A stretch of 64,000 nucleotides of DNA from Takakia lepidozioides (Eukaryota > Plantae > Bryophyta). The stretch is taken from NCBI GenBank assembly GCA_030704615.1, contig CM060732.1, positions 19,964,001-20,028,000 on the forward strand. The letters are read 5' to 3'. The notes beneath the pieces were generated by a model. That model ran no database searches. It was given only the letters and a program-made list of their open reading frames with translations, and was not told where the DNA came from. A program made the translations under genes and the position numbers. Of the stretch, positions 1 through 12,581 are shown one piece after another (position 1 is the stretch's first letter; each line of letters begins with the position of its first letter).

Positions 1-759
1 TGGAGCTACCGCTATCATTCAAATCTCTACAACGGTTCCACTGCTGGTGTTTTCGCTCGTGTTTGCGCTCAGATTCTACTAGTGTCTAGGGTTTGCGCCA
101 GTATGTTTTCATTTACTTTGGCGTGCTATATTTATTCACTTCTTTCTTTTGTTCTGCGTTTGTGTTTTGCGGCTCGGTAACTATTTTTTTTTTGTTAGGG
201 TTTGTGTTTGAGGGTGCTTGTGGGTGCATCACTGGTGCCACTACTATTTTCCTTCGTATATTGTATGTTCATCATTTCGTCATTTCTAATTTTTTAAATA
301 TATATAATATTAAAATTACTACTTCGATACATTGTCCAGGCACAGAGAGCCGGTTTGGTACTGGTTTGGTTACCGTTATTGCTTGGATCTCATTTGTGGC
401 TCTCTCTCGTTACTTGCTGGTAAGTCTTTAACATGTTCATTCTGTAAAAATTTCTTGAACTTCACTCCATTCCAACGGGTATGGTTCCTTCACAAGCAAT
501 GTTTATGTTGTGCAGCAAGATTGCTGTAATCAAAGCAGAGAATGCTACTGTCAATTTATTCAGAAGGAGAGAGCCGGATTGCAGCTGCCGCCACTGCTTT
601 CTCTCATATCCCAACCGCGGCTTTCTCTCGTGACCTGCAAGTAAGTCTCCAAAGCGTTGATTTCCAAGGTTATATGATATGGTATCCAGCTCTTTTACTA
701 CACTATATTTAATTTATTCATGTGGCCACTTGTGTGCAGATATTGAGAAGAGCTCGGAA

Positions 760-1842
760 GATGGGTAAGAAAAAAAAAGGGAAGAATGTAGGAGGTGGTG
801 GTGGAAGCGGAGGGCAAGTGTTAGTAGAGAGCCTGGGCGATTTAGCCGTTATGAGTTCTGGAGGGGGAAAGGTTGAGTATGACGTTGTAGAGTGTGTCTT
901 CTCTGAGGCTCCATTGGTGCACTACTGGTTTGTGGATCGGAAATAGTCCATTCTAGCAGCTATTCTGGCGCACTTGGTGGCATCTCTAAGAATCAATTGT
1001 CTTCTTGTTGGTTGGTCGATGTTTTGAAGCTCTGAAATTTTCTTTGCCTTGTTTTGCTCTGATGGGTGATGAGGGGTATTGTAAATCTCGGGAGTTCGGG
1101 TAAGTGATTTGAGTGCCCCGACCTATTCTAGCGCTTCCGGAGCATGGTACCTTTGAGGACTGGGCTGGGATTGTCGTCGTGGAATTGATTGACCAAAAGG
1201 TGGAGATGGGGATTTCTAATCAGCTTACTTCTTTGAGACAATGAAGGTGGAGTGTGCGCTTCTGGTTAAGGAGGGAATGGAGAAGATTAGAATTAGAATC
1301 AGCCGTCAAGAGGCAGACGGGACCGCACATCTGGCAGCTGGGGTTCTAGAGAGGCTTGAACGGAGAATTGGAGAATTGGAGGAGGGATCAGCGATGAAGG
1401 ATCACAGAATCGGGAAGTTAGTTACGGGAGGGCCATCGGATGCTAGAACGCACAGTTGTGGGTTTGCAAACCGAAGTGCAGGGACTCACAGTGTTGAATA
1501 ATCACGTGAAAATGCGGGTGGTTCTAGAGAAGGCTCAGGAGCGGATTATTGAGGAACTAGGAAAAAGACAACTCCATTCAGGAGTTAGGTGGTCGCATTA
1601 CTTTGAAGATTTTTTCGATGGCGATTGGAGGGCAGTCTTTGTCGAAGAAGACAATATTCAAGCGTTTGTTGAAAAGGGGGTCGCTTGACTCCAACTACCA
1701 TATCCACAATATCAACGCAGTGGATATTGTAGGGAGCATAATGTCTTTTGAAGTCGCCGCCGATCAGGAGGCGTGGATTTGGCTTTTTAAATATGCATTT
1801 TCGACAACGTACGAGACTGCCCTTGCATCCGTAGGGATGTGA
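760..1842 (+). pseudogene. Frameshifted remnant of an unknown coiled-coil protein gene
   Basis: Overlapping ORFs 1241-1501, 1440-1688 and 1603-1842 read as one helical, E/R/L-rich protein across two frameshifts. A Lys/Gly-rich ORF starts at ~760. No recognisable domain. Confidence 0.3.
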
Positions 1843-2737
1843 TTGTAATACAACTCAAGGTAAATTTCTCATAGGATCATATCTATTTTGATCGTGTGAT
1901 ATTGCACTAGCTTATGGGAGAACGTTCGACCTAAGTGAATTTTTATAAGCTCCGGATAAACTTGTGGAAACGTCGAGCTTGTTTCGGGAATGCAACTAGT
2001 TGTGTCGTCTGCCCAGTCATGTTCAGTACCTGAAGCCCAGTATGAGAACTTGTAGAAATCATCTCAGTAAATATCATATCAGCATAATCCTAATACACTT
2101 GAGTCCTTGGAAGTCTTCAGACATACGAGAATTTCTCTCAAACCGTTGCTACGAGCCTCAAATAGTGGTCCGCCATGTGAGAACACTATGTTGCATCCGT
2201 CAGGCAATTCTTGAGAAATGGACTTAGAAGCTTGTGTGTTGAATTATATGTAAAAATATATCTTGAAATGTATATCCAGAAGCTTATATCTAGAAATTAT
2301 TTAAAACATGTAAAACAACTTAATGTGTCCAAAAAAAAAATTATGAATTTTTTTTGCATTCTTAACATTAAGAGTTTAATACACCATAAGTAACAAAAAT
2401 TTGTATCAGAATTTAGAGTAAAAGATGGAGGTTTGAATTTTAAATAAAATTAAGTCCAAAAAAGTTCATTTTTGATCAAAACTCAATTGTCACATGTGTA
2501 ATACATCTTATGTTCTACATTATGTCCAAATTTGACTCAAATATTCTAATTTTATCAAATCTTATCTGCAATTCTTGGAAACAACAAGAAATGGCGCTAG
2601 CGTTGAACGGGGTATTGGCTCGGCCCAATGGTGTGAAGAGGTTGTGAACATGAACAACACCATTATCAACTGCAAAATAAAAAGACGTTGTTGATAACAA
2701 ATATGCTAAATCTTGAGAATGTGGTGCCTTATGATGG

Positions 2738-3071
2738 TGTAATATTTTCTTAATTGATTCATGTTTGCTGTTTGCTGTTTTTTTTGGGGCCCTGCCTTTG
2801 GAGGCCACTATTTACTAATTTAGTAGGTAGTAAGTTAGTAGGTAGTAAGAGGGGGGTCCCTTATATAGCCTCTCAGGGCGGTGGGACCCTTCTAGAAGCC
2901 CACCGACCTTCTAGAAGGCCTTGGACACATGTCAACCCTACAAGACTCTCTATTCTAAATTTAGCCAATTCCTCCCTTCTTTTTTTGGACCCCCTCATCT
3001 CATTCCTCAATACACGTGGCCTTCCTTACATAGGCGCCCCACTCTAATTCCTGGGCCACAATAATTCCTGA
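2738..3071. mobile_element. Left part of a solo-LTR-like repeat (~380 bp in total) split by the large hAT insertion
   Basis: 2806-3071 is the reverse complement of 13866-14140 with scattered mismatches and one ~10-bp indel. Joined to 18656-18710 it restores the continuous sequence of the inner copy. Termini are TGTAATAT (2738) and ATATTTACA (18710); a TATA-like TTATATAG lies at ~2851. The left boundary is tentative. Confidence 0.6.
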
Positions 3072-3311
3072 CCTAGTTGCAAATTTGGACGTGACGTGGC
3101 GTTGACGCGTCAGCATCACGTCCGACGTCAGCGACGGACGTGCATCACGTCACGTCCTAAACCGACGTTACTGTACATAAATATGTTTATTTTTTTACTT
3201 TATTATTGACTATTTACTATGAGAACCGACGTGGCAACCGATGTGGCCTCATTACGTGGACTTCATTAATTATCTGTAAAATTCATATATTAATTATTTA
3301 TATTGTCAATC

Positions 3312-3795
3312 ATGCGACCGTCAGCAAAAGTTGGTCGGACAATTTTATTTTATTTTTTTAAAATTGCGACAACCAGAAGGGGGTGGTCGCACATTTTTTT
3401 ATTTTTTAAATGGGTGCGACCACCAGCAGGTGGTGGTCGCATTTTCATTTTTTTTAATAGGTGCGACCACAAGCAGAGGGTGATCGCACATTTGTTTAAA
3501 AAAAAAATTGGGTGCGACCACCAGCAGGTGGTGGTCGCAACTTTTTCATTTTTTTTAAATAGGTGCGACCACCAGCAGGGGATGGTCGCACATTTTTAAT
3601 TATTTTTTAAATGGGTGCGACCACCAGCCGGTGGTGGTGGTCGCAGACTTTCTTTTTTGGGTTGATTAAGGTGCGACCACCAGAGGGGGAGGTCGCAGAC
3701 GTTTTTTTTGTTTTGTTATTAGTGCGGGGGTCCATAGGTACGACCGCTCCCTGGACACGTGACGAGGCGTGAATGGCCAGCAGAGGCGGTCGCAC
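3312..3795. repeat. Array 1 of ~8-9 palindromic 27-bp units (TGCGACCACC-agcaggg-GGTGGTCGCA) with T/A-rich spacers, ~50-bp period
   Basis: Units at ~3312, 3365, 3415, 3462, 3513, 3564, 3616, 3672 and a half unit at ~3777-3794. Confidence 0.9.
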
Positions 3796-3814
3796 GCCAG
3801 GCCTCTCCAGGCAG

Positions 3815-3823
3815 TATATAAGG
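3815..3823 (+). promoter_or_regulatory. Putative TATA box of the kinase cargo gene
   Basis: TATATAAGG ~20 bp after array 1, followed by a probable 5'UTR intron (GT 3862 to AG 4105) and the ATG at 4118. Confidence 0.55.
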
Positions 3824-4117
3824 GCCTACCCCTCATTCCCAACCCATTTTTTTCCCTTTCTGTGAGTGCGGTTCTGGGGCTTTTTGGAGTTTGAACTTCG
3901 GTGGCCAGGACTGAGCGTGGAAGGGGGGGGGGGAAGAAAGTGGATTTGTGTGGGGGAGGAGTTTTTTCCTTTTTTTCTTGGGACTGCGGGAGAGTTTGCT
4001 TTGGGTACTATACCAATAGAGGGTGAGGAAATTGGTCTGCTAGTATAAAAAATTATCAATAGTCTGGGTTTAGTTTTCCGTTACGAAGCCACGTCTATTC
4101 CGCAGAGTACTTTCATC

Positions 4118-5626
4118 ATGTCCGGAAACGTTGCTTCGAACGCAATGTCAGGGGGTTCCTCAGGAAGTGGGCGTAAAGGTAGGAAGCATAAACATGCACA
4201 TGAACGGGATAGTCAGGTCAACAAAAAAGACTATCCAAGCGCAAAGGCCGCGAAGGTGGTAAAGCAAGTAGTGCTAGATTATTTGAAGGACAATGACATA
4301 ATGCGTTTGAATCTTTTGTATGTCCGACATGGGAATGAGGGGTTCCTTAGATTCCAGCACAATATGGAGATGAGAATGAGGGAGGCTTTGGCCGGGGATG
4401 AATGGGAGGAGGACGGGGCGAAATTCCAGTTCACGAAATGGATGGAGGACCGGGCCCATGATGCCACATGGAATCTGAGGCAAACCATGGACAAGTTTGT
4501 TACGAGAACACCTATAGTTGAAGGTCGCATGCCAACTTCGGAGGAGGAGTTGTTTGTGCTCGTGGATTGGTGGTCTGACATGGCAAAGGCCCACGCCAAA
4601 CGACGTACGAAACCACTCCCATGGAAGGCAGGGTCCTCGTCCGCGGATGCGGCATTGAACGTGACATACATATCCACAAACGCACAGATACAACAACTCG
4701 ACGCGCCCAAACAGGGAGGGTATGGTACAATTCGGAGGGTTAGAATTGTTGGGGATCAATTCATTCCTCTATCTTGGGAGCTAGCAGGGAAAACGCCCAG
4801 GGAAACAAATGCTGAGCTTGCCAAAGTCCAACATAACAATGAGGCGTTGGTTGTAAAGTTCCATCATTTCGGCATCATAAAGTATTTTGCGTTGCATCCA
4901 CGTCGAAATGAAGGTTACACACATTGGTGGAATGGGGGGACCATACGATCATGGTTGAGTATTAACAGGAAATTGATGAATGATCGGGATAACATGGAGT
5001 TAATGGAACGACGGGGGACGGAGCAGGAAATGCAGGAGGTCAACCGACTGGTTCGATTCCGATAGAATCGCGCCCAATTGGCATAGGCGCTTTTGCACAT
5101 CATGCTCAACGTCCATAATCACCACCTCTTGCACAACGACATGTCCCCCGACAACATCTTGTTGCATTTTCCACAAGGGTCTGAAGATGTGTACATTGGG
5201 GTATGCGATTGGGGGATGGCCTCCACGACGGATGACCCAAAAACCACGTTGTACATTTTCGAGAGCAGAGACAAGAAGATAAAGACTCTCGCACATAGAT
5301 GGTGGATTGCACCTGAAATTGCAATTGTTCATAATGTAGCCAACAACCAGTCAGTCGGCATACCTCGTAGACCCCCTCTAACCGTGCCATCAGAGACCTT
5401 TGAAATTGAGAAGATAGCCCAGGCAATAAATGGGGGTAACACGTTCGATGCAAGCCTGTTTAACGATATGTCTACTGGAACCTGTTTTGCTTCGGCTCTG
5501 GAAAACTTGAGTGTAGACACAGTAGAGTTGCGATACAAACTAGAAAATGTTGTGAAGAGTTTCATGACGGGGCTATTCAAATGGCCTGAGCCCAAAAATT
5601 ACTGGAGGATGGATAGAAACTTGTAG
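4118..5626 (+). pseudogene. Intronless Ser/Thr-type protein kinase (~502 codons) with two in-frame TAG stops; transposon cargo
   Basis: ORFs 4118-5065 and 5093-5626 are in the same frame, separated by TAG at 5063 and 5084. Motifs: GGYGTIRRV (Gly loop), LAGK (beta3 Lys), HNDMSPDNILL (catalytic loop), CDWG (DFG equivalent), WWIAPE. The basic N-terminal stretch RKGRKHKH resembles an NLS. Confidence 0.85.
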
Positions 5627-7069
5627 ACCCCTAACTGTACATCATGTTTGAATAAATGTTGTTTTCAATTGTGTTTGTCTCGTACCATAATGTTTTAATG
5701 GTTGTTATTTGGCTATGGCACCTGGGTCCATCATATGGGATAATCAAGCACCACACCCACGAATTTTGAAGAGTGAAAGTGTACATCATGTCAATGGGTG
5801 AACCAATCGTTCCCCTGCCAAATGATTTTAGATTGATTTGAAACTTTGGGAGTGTCTTGTACATGCCCTCTTTAAGTTACCGGACAAGTATGAGGTCAAT
5901 CTAAAATGGTTCTAAGGGTGAACCAATAGTTCCTCTATTAAATGATTCAAGATTGAAAATTGGTTGAAAGGTTTAACGAGTCGTTCGGGGGGCAAATGAT
6001 TATTTCTTCGCTTGCAACTTTATGTACGTGATTTGTACGTACTTAAGCACATATGGACCAAAGTTGAACTTCAACAAAGTTGTTTGAATGGGTTATTCAA
6101 ATTCATAAGGATAAACAACCTTTCGTCTGCACATGAATTGTTTTTAATTCCATTCTGAAGCCATATGCTTGATAACAACATGAAGAGTTGCATGCAAAAT
6201 ATCACCATGAATAGACATCGCCTGCATTCAAAACACATTTTATTCCCTCATTTGCACTCCAAGGTGAAGTTATCTTCAACTTCATGCACTCTTCATAGAG
6301 AGTTCTGCAATAGTGAGCATAGAGCAAAGGATGAACGTTTTTTTTCAAATATTTTTCTTTGGTGCATTTTTTGGCAAGGATGTGGTGGTGTGAGGGTTCA
6401 ACTCACATAACAAAATCAAGCCAAAAACAAAATCATTGCACCCCACACTCATTGCGCCCTACAATCCTATGCCATCTAAATCATTTTATTTAGTAAAAAT
6501 CCAGTTCAATTCAAAATTGGATGAAAGGGTGAACGGAAACTTCCCCGATGCAATGATATTTTATTGCTCCGAAACTTTGCAAGTGTCTTCTACATGCCCT
6601 CTTACACGTCTTTGAGAAGTATGACATCAATCTAAAATGGTTTAAAGGGTGAATCAATCATCCCCCTACCAAATGATTTTTAATTGATTTGAAACTTTGC
6701 AAGTGTCTTGTACATGCCCTCTTACAGGTCTTTCACAAGTTTCAAGTCAATCTAAAATGGTTGAAAGGGTGAATCAATCATGAACATATCAAATGATTTT
6801 TGAGTGCTTTAAAGCTTTGCAAGTGTCTTTCACATGCCATTTTAAAGGTACCAGACAAGTATGAGGTCAGTAAAATATGGTTGAAAGGGTGAACCAATTG
6901 TTCCCCTATCAAATGATTTTACATTGCTTTGAAGCTTTGCAAGTGTCAGCCACATGCCCTCCTACAAGTACCGGACAAGTATGACGTGAATAAAAAATGG
7001 TTGAAAGGGTGAACCAATCATTCCGCTATCAAATGATTTTATATTGCTTTGGATGTCATTGCTTTGGTA

Positions 7070-7445
7070 ATTCTAGCCCCCCAATTGCCCATTGTAACCC
7101 TTGAATTACAATTCAAAATGCAATTCAAGCCCTTAAAATTGGTAATGCCAGTCCCTAAAATGACCAACCCCGGCCGCCCCTCAAATTGTAATTTGAGCCC
7201 TTGAAATTGTCAATTCCAACCACTCAAATTGCAATTGAAGCCCCTGAAATTTAATTCCAACCCTCAAATTACACTTCTAGCCCCTGAAATGACAATTCCC
7301 GCCCCTCAAATTGCAACTGTAGCATGTGAAATGGCAATTGCTAGTGCAGCCCCTGGAATGGCAATTTCAGCCCCTCAAATTGCAAGTCCAGCCCCTGAAA
7401 TTGGCAAATCGAGCCCCAGAAATGGCAATTTCAGCCTCTGAAATT
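7070..7445. repeat. ~21-bp minisatellite (GCCCCTGAAATTGCAATTCCA-like)
   Basis: Degenerate tandem units such as gcccctgaaatgacaattccc and gcccctcaaattgcaactgta. Confidence 0.8.
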
Positions 7446-7619
7446 GGCTATGGATGAACCAATCATCCCCCTGCCAAATGATTTTGGATTGATTTGAAAC
7501 TTTGCGAGTGTCTTGTACATGCCCTCTTAAAGTTACTGGACAAGTATGATGTCAATGTTAAATGGTTCAAAGGGTGAACCAACAGTTCCCCTGTTGGATG
7601 ATTCAGGATTAATCGTTAA

Positions 7620-9866
7620 CGATTGATCTCATATTACATTGGGACCTATCAGAGGGTACATTGAACACACTGGCCAAGTTTCAAAACGAAGGAAAATCAT
7701 TTGGATGGGCAACCATCCGTTGGCCCATTGAACAAATTTCGGTTGATCTCATATTACTCTGTGGCCTCTTCCATGGTACATTCAACATACTGGTCAAGTC
7801 TCAAAGCGAACCAAAATCATTTCGATGGCCAACCATTCGTTGAGCCATCGAACGAATTTCGATTGATCTGATATTAGTCCAACACATGTGAGAGGATGTC
7901 TCGAACGTACTGGCAAAGTTTGGAAGCAAACAAAAATGATTTGGATGGACAACCATCCGTTCACCCATTGAATGTATTCTGTTGGATTTGCTATTATTTT
8001 GCGACCTGTTGGACTGCGTTTCGCGTGCTCATGTTTTTTGTTTCATTCCGTTTTTAAATGGGGCGTGTAATGACTCCATATGCAACGTGCGTGCCAAATT
8101 TTGGGAGCGATCAAAATTCATTTGGACCCAAAACCACAGTTTCTTGCCCGTTTTGCACTCCAAACTTGATTTGTGCTATACTTCATGCACTCTTCATAGA
8201 GAGTTCTACAATAGTGAGCGAAGAGAACATTTTATTTTTGGGGCATTTTTGATTGGTCCAAATTTTGGCGGGGGAGTAGCAGTGGGATGCTTGAAGCCGC
8301 AAAACAAAATTGAGCCAAAAACAAAATCGATACGTTCCAAAAACCCCCAATGAAAGGCAGTGCAAACCTATTTATTGGCTTAAAATTAATTTAAATTCAA
8401 TTACATTATGGAATGGCTTGATGTCGATGGGGAGGCAAATGATTTATTCGGCTGTTGTGTCTCCACACATGTTCAAGCATATGCGGGCTAAAGAGGGGCT
8501 TCAACCACATCCGTTCAATGAGTGCAATAGCTGTGCACGCATTGCAGGATTTCTTTTTTGCAATGAACAAAAACCAGATGACAACTGAACGCCTCATTGG
8601 CCCATCGAACGAATTTCGATTGATCTCATATTACACTAGGACCTATCAGAGGGTACATTGAACACACTGGCCAAGTTTCAAAACGAAGGAAAATCATTTG
8701 GATGGGCAACCATCCGTTGGCCCATTGAACAAATTTCGGTTGATCTCATATTACTCTCGGGCCTCTTCCATGGTACATTCAACATACTGGCCAAGTCTCA
8801 AAGCGAACCAAAATCATTTCGATGGCCAACCATTCGTTGAGCCATGGAACGAATTTCGATTGATCTGATATTAGTCCAACACTTGTGAGAGGGTGTCTCG
8901 AACGTACTGGCAAAGTTTGGAAGCAAACAAAAATGATTTGGATGGATAACCATCCGTTCACCCATTGAATGTATTCTGTTGGATTTGCTATTATTTTGCG
9001 ACCTGTTGGACTGCGTTTCGCGTGCTCATGTTTTTTGTTTCATTCCGTTTTTAAATGGGGCGTGTAATGACTCCATATGCAACATGCGTGCCAAATTTGG
9101 GAGCGATCAAAATTCATTTGGACCCAAAACCACAGTTTCTTGCCCGTTTTGCACTCCAAACTTGATTTGTGCTATACTTCATGCACTCTTCATAGAGAGT
9201 TCTACAATAGTGAGCGAAGAGAACATTTTATTTTTGGGGCATTTTTGATTGGTCCAAATTTTGGCGGGGGAGTAGCAGTGGGATGCTTGAAGCCGCAAAA
9301 CAAAATTGAGCCAAAAAAAAAATCAATACGTGCCAAAAACCCCCAATGAAAGGCAGTGCAAACCTATTTATTGGCTTAAAATTAATTTAAATTCAATTAC
9401 ATTATGGAATGGCTTGGTGTCGATGGGGAGGCAAATGATTTATTCGTCTGTTGTGTCTCCGCACATGTGTCGCACGCATATTCAAGCACATGCGGGTACA
9501 AGAAGGGCTTCAACCACATCCGTTCAATGGGTGCAATAGCCGTGCACGCATTGCAGGATTTCTTTTTCGCAATGAACAAAAACCAGATGACAGCTGAATG
9601 CCTCATTGGCCCATTGAACGAATTTTGATTGATCTCATATTACACTGGGACCTATCAGAGGGTACATTGAACACACTGGCCAAGTTTCAAAGCGAACAAA
9701 AATCATTTGGATGGGCAACCATCCGTTGGCCCTTTGAACGAATTTCGATTGATCTCATATTACTTTGAGGCCTCTTCCATGGTACATTGAATATACTGGC
9801 CAAGTCTCAAAGCGAACCAAAATCATTTGGAGGCAAATGATTTATTCGTTTGTTCATTTTTTTCGT
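7620..9866. repeat. Recent ~1-kb tandem duplication (2 full copies plus a partial third)
   Basis: Near-identical ORFs at 7661 and 8658 (offset 997); a third copy has the same point at 9667 and is truncated at ~9830. The block is flanked by the 13-bp direct repeat GATTAATCGTTAA (7607-7619, 9867-9879). Confidence 0.9.
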
Positions 9867-10353
9867 GATTAATCGTTAATGGTGAAAAGGATAAACCAAA
9901 GGTTCCTTGATCCAAAAAAATTTGAATGATTTGAAATTTTGCCAGTATGTTCGACATGCCTCTTACATGGACCGGACAAGTATGAGATCAATAAAAAATG
10001 GTTCACAGGGGGAACCAATGGTTACTTGATGTGCCAATTTCTGAATGCTTTCAAACTTTGCCATTGCATTGTACATGCCCTCTTAAAGGTACCGGACGAG
10101 TATGAGTTCGATTTAAAATATTGCAATGGGTGAACCAATGGTATCTTCATTCAATAATTTTTGATTGTTTTGAAACTTTGCCAGTATATTGTACATGCCG
10201 TCAAACAGGTACCGAACAAGTATGAGGTCATTCAAAAATGGTTCAAAGGATGAACCTCGTATTTCCAAAAATTACGTAGACTATACAGTGGGTTGCACAT
10301 TTAAGTTTTCGCAACCTGAGACCTTTGGCCTACTCCCTACGTTTCTAGCCTTT

Positions 10354-12581
10354 CTAGTCATCTTCATCTAGATTTATTACTTTGTTGTCGTCATCTCCAG
10401 ATGTTGATGAAGATGCTCCAAAGAAATTGTCCAACACCTCCTCCTGTTGGGGGTCTCTGCGCAACTCTGGAGGAAATGGCCCTTCATCCCGACGAAGCAC
10501 CCAATATCTCTCATTCATATCATCCCAACGGATGCTAGCGGCCTCCAACTCCATCAGAAATAGGTCTCTCCCAATCGGTTCGCGATTGTATGGGTCGTTT
10601 TCCGCTGGCACCCACGGATCCTCAGGCAGTCGGAAGAATCTTTGTCTGGTATAGCTCCAATGCCCTCCCAAGTTCCGGCAAAAAAACTCCCTTTGGACTG
10701 GGTCCCGTATGCCTCTAGCACGTACGGTTATTTCCCAGTTGGATGTCATCCAAAAGGTCACCAGATGTTTAACCCTAGTTAACGTCTTCGCATCCAAGGC
10801 GTGCATCTCTTTTGGAGCATCCCATGTCATTGTCTCCCCCCAGTGCTGCCAATTTAAAAAATCGTAAGACGATACATCCAATGGCATGTTGTACCGGTTG
10901 TACTCGTATCCCGTGGGCATATTGTCTTGCAACCCAAACAACTCGTAGAAACGTCGATGGATTGGTCCACGACAGTTAGGGTATTTGGCTGGCTCGCATG
11001 GCTGCCGATATGAGACATGCGGGGTCAAACAAATGGCCACATGAACCAAGCATATAGCCTCCCTCCGGTCCGTAAGGGTTTAGGCACATTGTGCACACCG
11101 TACCATCTGTTACCCATGACGCTGGATTGCTCCATGGTATCCACGTCCGTTTATCCTCATGAATGTTGGATGACATCCTCGGCCTGCTGTCCCACTCCTC
11201 CTCTACTTCCAAATCCCAGTTTATGCTCTTATTGGTATCGGAAATTGTATGCACACAGTGCTCAAACATGGCATCCACATAACCCCATGGGGTGAATCCA
11301 GTGTACTTCGACGTTAATACATCACGCACAATGTCGTGCCTTTGCAAATTAGTAGAGATGCTATCTACGCTTCGATTCGACAAATGTGTTGCACGTTGGA
11401 GGGAGGACAACGCTTCTTCTATCCGTGTTTCCCGCGATGCTAGATGGCCCGCCCATGTCACCCAATTCCGCCAATTCTCCTTCAACCATGGCCACGATCG
11501 GATTTGCATGGCATTTGAGTATCGATATGCAATAGCCCTAGCTTGCTCGCGTTCCCCCACAAGCTGCTTTAATTCCTGTTCTTGGGCCGATGTAATTTGC
11601 ACGGCTGAACATTCCCTAGTTTCCACTATGGGGTCCTTCCCTTTTCTTGCCCTCTCCGCCGCAAGTCTTTCTTCCTCAACCCTCGCCGGATCCAGTTCAG
11701 GCGTTTGCACTTCATTCCCATGCTCGATTGAGTCAACCCCATCGATGACGCGGTCAATGTCCATTGATGGCATATTCAAACGCGCCAATATGTTTTGCTC
11801 GTTGGTGATTGGCCTCGGGTCCTGAAGCACACCGCGTACGCTGTCGAGAGTCCCCAACCCCATTTTTTCCAGTAACTTCGCTATTTGCCACCGTTGCAAA
11901 TGAACAATGTCTTGCAGGTCCTTGATGTGCTGTTCATGTGCGGCCAACTGTTCCTCCAACGGAGAGCGTACCTCGCCCCCCTCCACCTCAGACGTTGAAG
12001 GCCCGGCTGCGGAGACCTGTTGCGGCGTATAATCTGGAGCCTCCTTCTTCCACCTCGTCGTTTCCATCCAACCGTATGATGTCCTGCCCCTGACGTATAT
12101 ACAAGTCTGGGATATCAGAGAACATGTATAGTCTAGTACGATGTCTCGCAGTGGCAGTTTGCCAATCCACTGGTCGCAATAAAATCAACTCTGTGTACAA
12201 CATGGCCGCAAATAAATATGGGACCTTGTTGTTGACGAGCGGTTGACCCCACAATGTTGTATGTACCTTATCTACCCTGTGGCGGAAATGCGAGTTGGCG
12301 CAGGAATGCAAGCTAGCTTGATTTTGTTTGGTTTGTGGATCATGCCTATCTCTGGGCCACAAACGATTTATGTGACACTAGTCCACAAATTTCCTGCAGT
12401 CACCAAGCGACCACCGCTGCCCCAACCTCCAAACTTCCTAACCTGGTTCCGCAAGAATGTTGGGGTCATTGTATATGTCCCAACAAAGTTCGCGCCTGGC
12501 CCTTTTTGGTTTTTTTTTGGGAGGTCCAGGTTCATTATCATCATCCCTTGGATGACCTCCTCTGTCTTCCTCCTCCGCCAT
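10354..12581 (-). pseudogene. Intronless NLS / coiled-coil / RING-H2 finger protein (~740 codons; putative E3 ligase); transposon cargo
   Basis: ATG at 12581 gives MAEEEDRGG...PPKKKPKRARR (NLS). TAG stops at 12440 and 12380; frameshifts near ~12060 and ~10985 join ORFs 11988-12362, 10976-12067 and 10354-11049. Coiled coil LEEQLAAHEQHIKDLQ. RING pattern CTMC-x14-CGHLFDPAC-x10-YPNC, with two ligands degenerate. Confidence 0.7.

Larger units (their letters stand above)
5790..10260. repeat. Internal 120-bp satellite region with forward and inverted unit blocks
   Basis: The unit core GAAACTTTGCAAGTGTCTTGTACATGCCCTC occurs at ~5840, 6571, 6691, 6811, 6931, 7496, 9933, 10052 and 10172. Diverged reverse-complement units with the same 120-bp period occur at 7621/7742/7861, 8618-8975 and 9627-9830. 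Confidence 0.85.

Noticed and set aside
3312-3795. CRISPR-like appearance of the palindrome arrays (27-bp repeats with ~23-bp spacers; also 13010-14265 and 17870-18433)
   Set aside because: The spacers are low-complexity poly-T/poly-A, the repeats are degenerate, there are no cas genes, and the context is a eukaryotic TE.
7229-10371. Short ORFs in the satellite region
   Set aside because: They are translations of tandem repeats, with frames not conserved between copies.
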